Shown here one piece after another: positions 1-12,900 of a DNA stretch of 64,000 bases (its first letter is position 1; every line of letters starts with the position of its first letter). Source of the DNA: Squalus acanthias (Eukaryota); the NCBI GenBank assembly GCA_030390025.1, contig CM059449.1, positions 33,232,001 to 33,296,000 on the forward strand. The letters are read 5' to 3'. The translations under genes were made by a program, and so were the position numbers. The notes under the pieces are model-generated. The model saw nothing but the letters and a program-made list of their open reading frames with translations, searched no databases and was not told where the DNA came from.

Positions 1-929
1 GATCAACACTCCCATGGTTCAGGGTGTAGTAATATAGCAGAGAGTGAGACTCTAGGACATAATACAAAAAAATCATTGCCGTATCAAATATCAGAAATGT
101 CAGTTTGCTAAAGAAATAGGGACAAAATAATGTATTCAGAAAAATGCGAGAAAACTGAATATTTTGCCATCGCTCCCGTGTTAAACTATTGCAGAGAAGG
201 CAAAATGACCCTTAATATTAAATCTTATCCTTTACAAGAATATTCCCATTTTCGAAATAAATGAAAAATGTGATGGTTCGAATAAATTACATCAGCTCAG
301 CTCATTTGTAAATCGTAACTTTAAGATTTTAGTCCCACGTCTGACCTGGGGATTCTTTGGTGAATTAGTGAGGAAGTGCACCCAGAATTATGGTACTAAA
401 CCATGCAGAATCCAGCCCTGGTGCGTGCGCAGTGATCTGCTCCCTGCCCGCTACTTGTAGCGACATTAAAATTGGCCTCAGATTTACTGAGCAAAAGAGG
501 GGAAAAAGCAGCTTGAATATATGCAAATTGGGGTTAAAGGAAGTTATCAAGTCCTTAACAACATTTTCCTCTCTGCCCACATTGTTACCGCCAGTTTCTG
601 ATCATGCCAGCAAAGTGGAACCAATCGGGAGGCAGATATTAAAGGAATCCTCAGTTGGTCTCAAATAAAATGCTGGAATATTTGGGAGATATGTTTCTTC
701 TATTATGTTGTGGGATTTCACTACTTAATCCATTTACAATGCTTGTACTGGCTGCTGAATATTTTGAACTGTTAATGGTCTTCTGGTAATTCCACTCTGG
801 CATGTAGTGAAGGGTCTGTTGTGATTGGAGGAGAGCCATGGGAAATGGGGAGGAAAGGATTAGTAGTGCAGCGGCTACTCTCAGGCGGTGCGAGGCTGTA
901 CAGACCGAAAGAGAGATGTGAAGCCGAGT

Positions 930-1340
930 CTGACCTTGGCAGTCCTGGTAAGGTCATTAAGATTCTTCCTGCAATGCAGACAGATTCATGGGGAAATGGA
1001 GTATAAATGTGTCTTGGGCGGCATAGCAGAATGGGCGATAGCGAATCAACAGCCAACTTGGCCCGCCGTCTGAATTTGTATTGGATTGAAGTCAATGGAA
1101 AAGAGAATTGGGCGATAGATCAAAACAGGCTGTCAATTGTCATCAGCCGCTTCCGGATACCAAGCACTTTATACCCAATGTTGCTGCCATTGGCTTGCTC
1201 ATCCACCTCTCGCCATTACTGCTGACTAATTTGACGGACCTATCGTTACACATTAGAGGAGACGAGGTTCTCAATACCGGTGGTAATTTGCTCTACAAGC
1301 GCTTCCACCGCTGCCCAGAGAATCGGAGGACACCTGACCA
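930..1340 (-). pseudogene. Degenerate Myb/SANT-like (NAIF1/MSANTD-type) DNA-binding ORF remnant, probably from a PIF/Harbinger transposon
   Basis: Minus-strand translation: (L)RFS / frameshift / AAVEALVEQI...*WREVDEQANGSNI [MITE 998-1176] SP*ICLHCRKNLNDLTRTAK|gt. This follows the RFS..LEALV..W..VA..VN..QCRKKFNDL pattern of Harbinger-associated Myb/SANT proteins. Several stop codons. Confidence 0.6.
998..1176. mobile_element. MITE with imperfect terminal inverted repeats, inserted in the Myb/SANT remnant
   Basis: Ends GGAGTATAAATGTGTCTTGG and CCAAGCACTTTATACCC; AAT duplicated on both flanks (995-997, 1177-1179); central ATTGAAGTCAATGG motif shared with the MITE at 24152 and partly with that at 50921. 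Confidence 0.65.
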
Positions 1341-1909
1341 TGTCATGCAATCTGCTGCTCCAATAAGTCGCTCTCCATTAACCATCCTTGAAAAGTGAAC
1401 TTTCCCTTTAAGGGACTGGAGACTGCCTTTAAATCAAAAGGCCTTGGCGCTCATTTCCTGTAAATGAAGCCGGGTCACGAAAATTATACTGTCCCCACCA
1501 ACTTTATCTTTCGCATGGGCGGACAATAGCTTGCCCTCCCACCAGAACTATCCCGGAATCTCCAGGAATTAGAGATTAATCTCCTGGACACAGCTGCGAG
1601 AAACTCGGGAAAAAGATAACAGCAACAGCACAACAATCACAATTATAACAATATTGGAGCTGGGGACAAAAGGCGGGTTGACTGGGCTGGAGGTCATGTG
1701 ATGAAAGCTCCTGGAATGAGTCCAACCAGAGTTGGCAACACGTCGGTCTGAATCACCGCACAAATCCCCATCTATGATTGAGGAACATTACTTCAGACCT
1801 GCAGTAAATCACCGGCACCTTTCTTAAGCGTCCAGCGCCACACGAGCCCCTATCGTCACCTCACCATGTTAACCAACACAGGAGCTCCCCCAGGGCATCC
1901 GCAAGGTTC

Positions 1910-2368
1910 GAAGCAGTCAGTGTAACCCGGGCTAAGCAAGAGGGCAGTCGGTTTATACGGGACTAAATAAGAGGGCAGTCGTTGTAACCCAGACGAAACA
2001 AGAAGGCAGTCAGTGTAACCCGGACTAAATAAGAGGGTAGTCAGTGTAAACCGGACTAAACTCGGGACCGTCAGTGTATCCCGGACTAAACATGGGGCAG
2101 TCGTTGTATCCCGGACTAAACACGGGACAGTCAGTGTAACCCGGACTGAACACGGGACAGTCAGTGTAACCCGGACTAAACACGGGACAGTCAGTGTAAC
2201 CCGGATTAAACACGGGGCAGTCGGTGTATCCAGGACTAAACACGGGGGCAGTCGGTGTATCCCGGACTAAACACGGGGCAGTCGGTGTATCCCGGACTAA
2301 ACACGGGGCAGTCGGTATACCCCGGACTAAACACGGGGACTTTCAGTCTAACCCGGACTAAACACGGG
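1910..2368. repeat. 30-bp minisatellite, about 15 copies (GGGCAGTCGGTGTATCCCGGACTAAACACG)
   Basis: Visible tandem periodicity; produces the repeated PVFSPGYTDC ORFs in the track. Confidence 0.95.
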
Positions 2369-2445
2369 CCCAATATGTTATTCTCGATGGCGGTCATGTC
2401 GTGCAATAAAGAATATAGCCGCAAAATTCCTGTCATTTGACTTAC

Positions 2446-2497
2446 CAGGAACCACCTGTTGAAAAAAGTAAAGGCTCAGTAAAACAAAGAGGAACAT
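2446..2497 (-). CDS. Probable signal-peptide (leader) exon 1, MFLFVLLSLYFFQQVVP+G, phase-1 intron; rest of gene not found in window; possibly MHC class I-like or another IgSF gene
   Basis: Minus strand aaacATG TTC CTC TTT GTT TTA CTG AGC CTT TAC TTT TTT CAA CAG GTG GTT CCT G|GTAAGT: 52 nt, hydrophobic core, consensus donor, promoter motifs directly upstream. Confidence 0.6.
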
Positions 2498-2554
2498 GTT
2501 TCAGCGAGTCGCTCAGTTAAAACCCTGCACAGCAAGACGGGAAGGTTTTGTAGA

Positions 2555-2790
2555 TGTCCGAACCCCGCCCACATTATTCTGTTTATCTCGTTCAGTGAAA
2601 CTCATTCTATCCAATAAGAAATAAATCACCTCCCGTCACTGGGGAGGGAATCTCTGGCTCTATTCCCAGCATTAGGAACTGCGGGCAGAATTGGATTAGA
2701 AAAGAACACACTGGTCAAAGGAAAAGCCTTGAAACTGGAGGAAAACTGGGACACAAATTGAAAGCACCGGCGCGAATATTTCCCACTGAA
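2555..2790 (-). promoter_or_regulatory. Candidate promoter of the leader exon: GC box, ISRE-like motif, inverted CCAAT, NF-kB-like motif
   Basis: Minus-strand GGGCGGGG (2563-2570), AGTTTCACTG (~2593-2602) and ATTGG (2611-2615); plus-strand GGGAATCTCT (2646-2655). Confidence 0.45.
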
Positions 2791-3374
2791 CCTGATCGGT
2801 AGTGATTATAGAACTGTTAAAAGCAGCAGCAATCTCCAATCCTGTGTTTGCACCTTATCAGAACAGGTGCAAAGCTCACTGGCAAATACAGCCTAGCCCG
2901 GTTAAGGTCAATGAAAGGCCAATCACAGACTGTGTGATAGAACGTTTACAAGCTACACAATCTGAAAATTCAACCTTCCTCCCTTTCAGTGGCGGTGTAA
3001 ATCTATCTGCTGTGAACAGATTGAGGCTCTGCTAAAATAGTGAAAAGAGGAATTTCAGACCAAGCTACAAATATTCTTTTTCATTGGTTCTTATCACTCG
3101 CTGGACCGCTGTACATTTTCTCCCTAAAATTACTGTTGACAAAATTAGTGTGACATGTTATTGTCCCCTGCTGTAACACAATTGATAACCCACTTGTTTT
3201 AAACAGGCTGCACCATTAAAATCACAGGCAAAGGAATGTTATACCAACATGTTAATCATTTCACCTCCAACATCCCCAATATTAATCTATGAACAAGAGG
3301 AGGCCATTCAGCCCCTCGAGCCTTTTTCCAACATTCAAGTAGATCATGGCTGATCTGTATTGTAACTCCATCCA

Positions 3375-6300
3375 ATCATGGAATGATACAGCACAGACGG
3401 AGGCCATTCGGCCCATTGTGCCGGTGTTTGCTCTTTGGTAGAACGAGCCAATGATTCCCACTCACCTACTCTTTACCCATAGATCTATATTTCTGTTTTC
3501 CCTCTAAGTATTTGTCCAATTCAAATTTCAAAGTTCCTGTTAAATCTGCTTCCACCACACTTTCATTCAGTGAATTCCAGATAACAACAACTCGCGGCAT
3601 AAATAGTGTTTCCTCATGTTGACTCTGGTTCTTTTGCCAATTAGGGTAAATCTGTGTCCTTTGGTTACCGACCCTTCTGCCACTGGAAAAAGTTTCTCCG
3701 GATTTATTCTATCAAAATCGTACATGATTTTGAACACCTCTATCAAAACTCCTCTTAACCTTTTCTGTTCTAAGGAGAAAAACGGCATCTTCTCCAGACT
3801 CACCACATAATTAAAGTCCCTCACCCCTGGTACCATTCTAGTAAATCTCTTCTGGACCCTCTCCAAGGCCCTGACAAAATTTCCTAAAATTGGTGCCCAG
3901 AATTGAACACAATATTTCAGCTGAGGCCCAATCATTGTTCTATAAATGCTGCGCATAACACTCGTTGCTTTTCTACTCTATCCTCGATTAATAAAGCCAA
4001 TGATCCAATCTGTTTTAACAGCATTCTCCACTTGTCCTGCCACCTTCAAAGGTGTGTGTAAATACACCTCATGTTCTCTGTTCCTGCAGCCCCTTTAAAT
4101 TGCAGCATTTAGTTTTATTGCCTCTCCTCATTCTTCCTACCAAAATGTATCACTTCTGTGCTTCAAATTTAATCTGCCATGTATCTGCCCATTTCACCAG
4201 TCTGTCTATATCTTCCAGAAGTCTGTTACAATCCTCCTCATTGTTCACTACATTTCCGAGTTTCGTATCATCTGCAAACTTTAAAATTCTGTCCTGTATA
4301 CCCAATTCTTGGTCATTAATAAATATCAAAAATAGCAGTGGTCCTAATACCGTCCCCTGGGGGACACCACTGTATACTTCCCTCCATTCTGAAAAGCCAC
4401 CATTCACCACTACATTCTGCTTACTATCCCTTAGACTATTTTGTATCCATACTGCCACTGTCCCTATAATCCTATGGAATTTAATTTTGCTAACACGTGT
4501 ATTATGAGCTACTTTGTCAAACTCCTTTAGAAAGTCCATATAGACAACATCAACCCTCGTCAACCCTCTCCGATACTTGCTCAAAGAACTCGATCAGTTA
4601 GTCAAACACGATTTGCCTTTAACAAATCCGTGCTGCCTTTCATTTATTGGTCCATACTTTTGCAAATCCTATTTAATGGTGTCCCGGATTATTGTCTCTA
4701 AAAGTTTCCCATCACCGTTAGGCTGACTGGCCTTCAGTTGCTAGGTTTATCCTTCTCCCCCTTTTTAAACAGGGGCGTAACATTTGCAATCCTCCATTAC
4801 TCTGGCACCACCCCCATATCTAAAGTTTGTGGCCAGGCCCTCCGCAATTTCCACCCTTTCTTCCCTCAGTAACAATGGATGCATCCCATCTGGAACAGGT
4901 GACTTTTCTACTTTAAGCTCTGCAATCTTTTAATTATCTCTTCTTTATCTATTTTTTATCTTTTCCACTATCACTATTGCCTCCTCCTTCACTAATACGT
5001 TGGCAGCATCCTCTTTTCGAGTGAAGACAGATGCAAAGTATTCATTTATTATCTCAATTATGTCCCTGCCTCCAGAAGAATATGTCCTTTGTTTTCCTTC
5101 CTTTGACTACCCTTTTACTCTTTACATGTTTTGAAAATACTTTTGGGTTCCCTTTTATGTTAGCTGCTAATCTATTCTCATGCTCTCCCTTGGCCCTTCT
5201 TATTCCTTATTAAGATCTCATCTTTTCTATCTGAATTCAGCTTGGTTCCCTACTGTATTATGAACCTGACATTTGTCATAGGCCCTTTTTGCAGTCTCTT
5301 TTTAATCTTTATGTCTTTAGTCATCCAGGGGGATGGAGCTTTGGATGCCCTTCCTTTCCCTCCTTGATGGAATGTGTCTAATCTTTACCGCTCTTTGAAG
5401 GCCTCCCAATGTTTAATTACGGTTTTGCCTGCAAATGTTTGATTCAATCCACTGGACAAGATTCCTTTTCAACTTACTGAAGTTACCCCTTCTGCAGTTA
5501 AGTATTTATATGCTTGATTGTTCCATTTCCATTGCCATAACTATTCTAAAGTTAATTATATCATGCCCACTGTTCCCCAAGTACTCCCCCAGTGAAACAT
5601 TCTCCAGTTGCTCAGAACTAGATCCAGCTCTCTACCTCGTTGGGCTCGAAACACACTGATTAAGAAAGGTCGTTTGTACAGATATCAGAAATTCCCAACA
5701 CCGTATTGCCCTTTACTCTTTTATTATCCCAGTCTATATTAGGAAAATTGATGTCCCCCATTATCACTACTCTATAGTTCTTTAATTTTTCTGTAATTTG
5801 CCTGAAGATCTGCTCTTCAATCTCCTTACCACTATTTGGTGGCCTGTAGTATACACCCAATAGCGTAATAGGTCATCTTCTTTAACGCTAACCCAATAGA
5901 TTCTGTCTTTGACCCCTCAAGTTCACCATCCCTCTCCAGTGCTACGCTAGTTTATTTGATCAATACTGCCACCCCTCCTTTTTTTCCTTCCCTATCTTTC
6001 CTGAATCCCATGTGGTGACTTGTGCCTGCAGTTCACCAACTTTATTTACCAAGCTACGTCCATTTATGCACGTAGAAACATAGAAGATAGGAGCAGGAGT
6101 AGGCCACTCCAAATCCATCTTAGACTGCCTTATATTTGCCCTGTCTTATGACCCCTATTTCTGAACTATCCTTTACTCTAGTGCTATCAGTCTCTCCAAG
6201 TCCTCTGTGCACCTTTTCTCTCCTCTCTAATGTTTCACCCACGTGCCCATCCTCCCGCCAACTTAGTTTAAACCCTGCTCCACAGAACTAGTTATCCTTC

Positions 6301-6660
6301 CCACAAAGACATTGATCCCAGCACTGCTGAGGTGTAACCCGTCCACCTTTAATAGGCTCCCCCTGCCTCAGAACTGGTTCCACTGCCTCTGGAATCTGAA
6401 GTCCTCCATCCAGCATCATTTTTCACACCATGTGTTAACCTGTCTTATCCTACTATTATTATACTCACTAGCACTGTGGCACTGGAGGAATCCAAAGATA
6501 ACTACCTTTCAGGTCCGGCTCTTTAATTTTCTTCTGAGCTCTGAAACTCTGTCTGCAGGACCTCAGCCCTTTTCCTTCCTGCGCCATTGGTTCCCACATG
6601 GACCATTACATCTGGCTGTTCCCCTTCCCCGCTCAAAATGTTCTGCACCCTCTCAGTGAT
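3375..6660 (-). mobile_element. Degenerate, nearly full-span CR1 LINE (3' UTR, RT, endonuclease, ORF1 esterase end)
   Basis: ORF fragments VDVVYMDF...GVPQGTVLGPLLF...KFADDTK (4150-4584), GVYYRPPNS...MGDINFP (5660-5860), DGLHL-type ORF1 end near 6270-6350; CR1 tail at ~3375. Confidence 0.9.
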
Positions 6661-6661
6661 G

Positions 6662-7875
6662 TACCCGCCTTAGTTCCGTAACCGTTAATAACCTTGCCTA
6701 ACAAAAATCTATCAATCTCAGTTTTGTCATTTTCAATTGACCCCTAGCCTCAACAGCATTTATGTGGAGACAGTTCCAGATTGCCACTAATCTTCATGTG
6801 AAGAAGTGCTTTCTGAACTTCGCCCCTGAATGGTCTAGCTCTAATTTTAATGTTATGCCACCTTGTTCAATACTCCCACCAGGTGAAATAGTTTCTCTCT
6901 ATCTACCCTGTCAAATCATTTAATCATCTTAAACACCTCAGTTAGATCACCCGTTAATCTTTTATGGTCAAGGGAACACAAACCGAGTCTATGCAACCTC
7001 TCCTCATAAAGTAATTCTTTTTTGCTTCGTTATCATTCTGGAGAATCTGCATTGAATCCCCACCAAGGCTAAGATATCCTTTCTGAGGTGCGGTGCCCAG
7101 AAGTAAACGCAATACTCCAGATGGAGTCCAACCAGAGTTCTGTACAGCTGGAACATAACTTCCCCCCTTTGTATTCCATCCCTGTTGAGATAAAGGCCAA
7201 CATTCCATTAGCTTTTAAAAATATATATTCTACCTGTCCATTAGCACTTAGTCATTTCAGTACTTGGATCCCTAAATCTCTCTGCTCATCCACAATTCCA
7301 AGCTTCTCGATCTCTGATCTCTCTTATTTAGATCCAAAGTGGATGGCCTCACATTTCCTCAATTTGATGTCCACCTGCCACAGTTTTTCCCACTAACTTA
7401 ATCTATCAATGTCCCTTTGCAGCTTTCTGCTCCCATCCACACAATTTACTGTGTGAAATAACTTGGTGTCATCAGCAAGCATGGATATATGACTCTCTAT
7501 TCCTTCGTCCAAATCATTTATAATTATAATGAAAATCTGAGGCCCCACTTGTCACATCCTACCAATTTGTGTACAGATCCAATATCTCTAGTCTCCGTCT
7601 TCTACCTCCTATTCAATTCTCTAGCCAACCCAATAGGATGCCTCCAATTCGGTGCACTTTCATTTTTGTTACCAGTCTACTTTGTGGAACCTTGTCGAAT
7701 GCCTTCTGGAAGTCCATATCAATAACATCCATAGGCAATCCCTTACCTACCATGTTAGTTACCTCCTCACATAATTCACCCAGCCTCATTAGACATGACT
7801 CACCATTTACAAATCCATGCTGGCTCTCTTTGATCAGCTCATATTAGTCCAGATACTCAATCAGTCTGTATCCGA
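6662..7875 (-). mobile_element. Degenerate CR1 LINE ORF2 fragment (RT and C-terminal region)
   Basis: Reverse-complement similarity to the intact CR1 ORF2 at 36001-38499 (QHGFVNG, DFQKAFDKV regions). Confidence 0.85.
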
Positions 7876-8984
7876 ATAGCAAATTTCTGCACGTAGCGTT
7901 CACAATATTCACAGAAAATACAAATCTACAGTATAAAAATGGGTGTTCACTGCAAGAAATACCAGCTAGCCTTACAATCTTCATCAGATTATCTCGGCCT
8001 TGTTTAATTGCCAGTTTGTTTTTGAGCCAAGACCTTACCCTACATATACTCCAGCAAAACCTTCATTGTACCCTTGGATGAGTGGAGGTTTTTTTTCTAT
8101 ATCAGTTGAAAACCATTGTTGCAGATGATATCTCCGATCATAATGTTCTCTGTACACGGCCAGGTGAGGCCAAAGGATCTGAGGGTCAAGCATCGTGACG
8201 TCGTGGCTAACGCTGCATTGTGTCTCTTGGAGGACGAGGACAGTTATGTCCCTGAGCAGGGCAGGAATAGGAAGCGCAGTTTCGCCAGCTTTTATTCTGA
8301 AATGTGCTCAGGCCGTACAGTTTTGCAGAATTGGTGTTTAACAAGGCCTTAACAGGGCGAACACAATTTACATACAAATTGGGACTCTTGCAGTCAACAG
8401 CAAAGAGACTTTCATCCCATTAATTTGGACTGGATATCAACTGAGCATCATGGGATAAAAAATAATTGTAACACTCACTATTCCTGCATACATAGATTTG
8501 TATTTCATAACTGCAATTTATGGCCATTTTCTGCATAAGAATCTGCAGTGAGGCATCTGGAAAACTACCAAACAACACAATAAAATCGAACTGGAGACAG
8601 TACTTTGAACAGTCACGAATCAGTTTAACTTTTTATGGTATCGTGCTATCAGTCAATGTATTGATTTTGTTGATGAGGACTCACATGATGTCACTGATTA
8701 ACCAGTGCTGGCTGTTGGACTTTGTACCAAGAAATCTTTACCTCACTGTGATATTTCCTTGTCAGGAACGTTGAATTTTTTGCATTTGCTTACACAAATA
8801 AACTAACATCTAAAATTATATTTCCACGCTGATTCTTATATGTTTAGAATTTGAATAAAACCAGTTCCAGTTGAATCCAGGAACAACTTTTTCAAACAAA
8901 GTATTGTGAGAATGTGGAACACTGTGCCCAGAAGTTCACAGACACAGAATTAATGCGGTGCTTAGAAAAAAGAAATAGCGACTT

Positions 8985-9995
8985 CATCTCACCCCATCAG
9001 CATATACTTCCATTCCTGTCCATGTGCTTATTTCGCTTCCCCTTTAAGGGTTCAATGCTATTCGCCTCATCAACTCTACGTGGCAGCAAGTTCCACATTC
9101 TAACCACTCTTTGGGTAAAAAGGTTTCCCCTGAATGCTTTACTGGATTTACTAGTGACTATCTCATATTTATGGACCCTGGTGTTGGAATCCTCCACAAG
9201 TGGAAACATCTTCTCTACCTCTACCCCATCAAACCCCTTCTTAATTCGAACAGTCCTCTATCAGGTCACCTCTCAGCCTTCTCTTTTCCAGAGAACAGAG
9301 CCCCAGCCTGTTCAGTCTGTCCTGATAGTAATAACCTCTCAGTTCTGGTATCATCCTTGTCAATCTTTTTTGCAGCTTCTCCAGTGCCTCTATATCCTTT
9401 CTGTGATATGGAGACCAGAAGTGTACGCGGTACTCTGTGTGAGGTCTAACCAACGGTTCTGTACAAGTTTAACATAAATACCCTTTTTTACCAATTCTAC
9501 TCCTCTAGAAATTAAGCTCAGTGCTTTGTTTCCATTTTTATGGCCTTATTAACTTGCATTGCTACTTTTAATGATTTGTGAATTTTTACCCCAAGTACCT
9601 TTGCTCCTCTACCCATTTAGATTCTTATTTCCCAAAGATTATCTCGCCTCCTTATTCCTACTACCAAAATTCACCACCTCACACTTATCTATATCGAAAT
9701 TCAGTTGCCATTTACACACCCATTCTACAAGTTTATGAACATCTTCTTGTATTGTGTCGTGGTCTTCCTCAGTAATAAATATAACCCCAATTTAGCGTGA
9801 TCCGCAAGTTAAAAAATTGTACAAATCGTTTATTTAAATATTGAACAGCATTGGCCTCAGCACTGATCCCAGTGGAACACCACTTCCCACCTTCCACCAA
9901 TCTGACTAACTACCTTTAAAAACTATTAACTGTGCTCTGTTTTGTAGCCAGCTTGCCATCCATTCTGCTACTTGTCCCTTGACTCCTTAAGTTCT
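8985..9995 (-). mobile_element. CR1 LINE 3' fragment
   Basis: ORFs 9241-9453 (VRPHTEY...WSP...KDIEALEKLQKR...RGDLIE) and 8997-9209 (FTQRVVRMWN). Confidence 0.9.
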
Positions 9996-12900
9996 GAGGG
10001 GGTGGGAGAGAGAGTAGTGCAGGGGAGTAACAGTGTGGAGAGGTGACGGAGTGGACAGAGTGGAGGGGGGAGTGAGAGAGTGTACGGTGGAGGGAGAGTG
10101 GAGAGGTGGAGTGGGAGAGTGGAGGGGAGGGGAGAGTGGAGAGGTGGAGTAGGAGAGTGGAGGGGACGGGTGACAGGAGAGAGTGGAGGGGAGGGAGAGA
10201 GTGCAGGGGAGGGACAGTGTGGAGTGGAGGGAGAGAGGAGTGGGAGAATGTAGAAGGGAGGGTGAGAATGGAGGTAAGGTGAGGGGAGAAGGAGGGAGAC
10301 GGAGAGGGAGAGATTGGAGAGGGCATGGAGGGGAGAGGGAGGGGTGGGAAAGAGCGGAGCAGAGGGGGAGGGAGAGAGCTGAGTGTAGGGGAGGAACAGA
10401 GTGGAGTGGTGAGGAAGGGGAGAGGGAGCTGGCGGGAACAGAGTGGAGTGCAGGGGACGGAAAGAGTGGAGAGGGAAGGGAGGGGAGGGGGAGCGGGAGA
10501 GTAGAGAGGGGAGGGATGGAGAGGGAGAGGGAGGGAGAGAGCGGAGGGTAGGGGAGGAACAGTGTGTACAGGGGAGGGAGAGGGAAAGTGAGGGCAGGGA
10601 AGTGAGTGGAGGTTTGTGGAGGGTCGGAGTGGAGAGTGGAGGGAGGGGAGAGGGAGGGGGAGGGAAGACAGTGGAAGGTGGGAGAGAGTGGTGAGGGGAA
10701 GGAGGGAAAGGTAGGAAGAGTGCGGGAGTCGAGGGTAGGGGAGGGACAGAGTGGAGATGGGAGTGTAGGGTAGGGAGAGGGTGGGAGAGGGCGGAGGATA
10801 TGGGGGCAACAGAGTGGAGAGTGGATGGAGGGGAAGGACACAGTGGATAGGGGAGGGAAGGGAGGATAAGGGAAGAGAGTAGAGGGTAGGAGAGAGTGGA
10901 GAGGGAAGGTAGGGGAAAGGGAGGGGGAGGGAGAGAGTGGAGGGATGGGAAGTACAGAGTGGAATGTGGAGGAAGGGGACTGAGGGAGAGGGAGAGAGTG
11001 GAGAGTGGGAGAGAGTGGAGAGGGGAGGGAGCGCAGAGGGAGGGTGAGGGAGCGAGTGGGGGTTGGAGGGGGGAGAGAGTGGTGACAGTAGGGAGGGGAG
11101 AGGGAGAAGGAGGGAATTGAGTGGCGGGGAGCGGAGCCAGAGATTGGAGAGTGGAGGGAGGGGTTAGGGAGTGTGAGGGAAATTGTGGAGGGTGGGAGAG
11201 AGTGGAGAGGGGAGAGATGGGAGTGGGATGGGTGGGAGAGAGTGGAGGGGAGGGAGAGAGCAGAGGGGAGGGAGAGAGTGGAGTGGAGGGTGGGAAAGAG
11301 TGGAGCAGAGGGTTAGAGTGGAGGGGAGGGAGAGAGTTGAGTGGTGGAGAGAGTGGAGGTGTGGGAGAGACTCGAGGGGGGAGAGAAGAAGGGAAGAGGA
11401 GAGTGAAGGGAGGGTGACAGAGGAGAGGAGGAGTGGGAGAGTGAAGAGGGAGGGGGAGGGGTGCCAAAGTGGAGGGGATGGAGAGACTCCAGGGGAGAGT
11501 GCGGAAGGAAAGGGGAGAGTGACGTGAGGGAGAGACAGGAGAGGAGGAGGGCAGAGTAGAGAGGTGGAGTGTGAGAGTGGAGGGGAGGGGAGAGTGGAGG
11601 GGGAGGGAGACAGTTGAGGGGGGAGTGGGGGGGAGGGAGAGAGTGGAGGGGGAGGGAGAGCGTGGAGGGGGAGGGGAGAAAGTGGAAGGAGGAGGGAGAG
11701 AATGGAGGTGGGTAATAGATTGGAGAGGTGGATTGGGAGATTGGCAGGGAGGGGAAAGAGGAGAGATGGAGTGGGAGTGTGGAGGGGAGGGGAGAGTGGA
11801 GACGTTGATTTGGAAATTGGAGGGGAGGGGAGAGTAGAGTGGTGGAGTGGAGAGTGGAGGGGTGGGGAGAGTGGAGGGGGAGAGAGGGCGTGGAGAGGTA
11901 GAGTTGGAGAGTGGAGCGCAGGGGAGAGGGGAGAGGCGAGGGAGATAGAGGAGAGGGGATGGTACAGTAGAGGGGAGGGGAGAGTGGAGAGCGAGGCAGA
12001 GAGTGGAGATGTGGAGTAGGAGAGTGGAGAGGAGGGGTGACAGGAGAGAGTGGAGGGGAGGGAGAGAGTGGAGGGGAGGGAGAGAGTGGAGGGGACAGGA
12101 AAGTGTGGAGTGGAGAGAGAGAGTGGAGGGGAAGGTCAGGGACAGATTGGAGAGGGAAGGGAGAGGGTTTGAGGGGTAGGGAGACAGTGGAGGGTAGGGT
12201 AGGGACAGGGTGGAAAGGGGAGGGAGGGGAAAGGGAGGAGGAGGGAAGTGAGTGAAGAGTAGGGGAGGAACAGATTGGAGAGGGCATGGGGTGGAGCGGG
12301 AGGAGGTGGGAAGAGAGTGGAGGGTGTGAGAGTGTTGAGAGGGGTGGGAGGGGAAAGGGAGGGAGAGAGCGGAGGGTAGGGGTGGAACAGAATGGAGGGG
12401 GGAAAGGAGGGAGGAGAGTGGAGGAAAGGGGTGGGACAGCGTTTTGAATGGAGGGAGGGGAGGCTGAGGGCAGAGAGTGGAGGTTCGGAGAGAGTGGAGA
12501 GGGGAGCGAGGGGAAGGGAGGGGGAGGGAGTGAGTGGAGGGTACGTGAGAGATGAGTGGAGAGTGGCGGGAGGGGAAAGGGAGCGGGAGGGAAGAGAGTA
12601 GAAGGTAGGGGAAGGACAGAGTGGTGTGGGAAGGGAGGGGAGAGTGACGGGGAGGGAGAGATTGGAGTGTGGGAGAGAGTGAAGAGGGGAGGGAGGGGAG
12701 AGGGAGAGCGAGGGAGAGACTGGAGGGTGGGGGAGGGACAGAGAGGAGACTGGAGGGAGGGGAGCAGGAGAGGGTGACAGTGGATAGGGGAGGGAGGGAA
12801 GAGGGAGAGGCTGGAAAGAGAGTGGATGGGAGGGGAGGGACCAAATGGAGGGGAGGGGGAGGGAGAGAGCAGAATGTAGGTGAGGAACAGTGTGGAGAGG

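Noticed and set aside
2025-2440. Repeat-protein ORFs (PVFSPGYTDC)n
   Set aside because: Translation of a 30-bp minisatellite, broken by a frameshift and lying in a probable intron.
2446-2455. 10-nt micro-exon, or exon-1 end of a second GPR139-like gene (GTTCCTG|GTAAGTC resembles 50675-50688)
   Set aside because: The upstream in-frame ATG and hydrophobic leader explain it better, and it lacks the YYP..A..GVP pattern.
8125-8163. 39-nt plus-strand AG...GT exon-like segment
   Set aside because: No supporting partner exons or promoter on that strand; likely chance.
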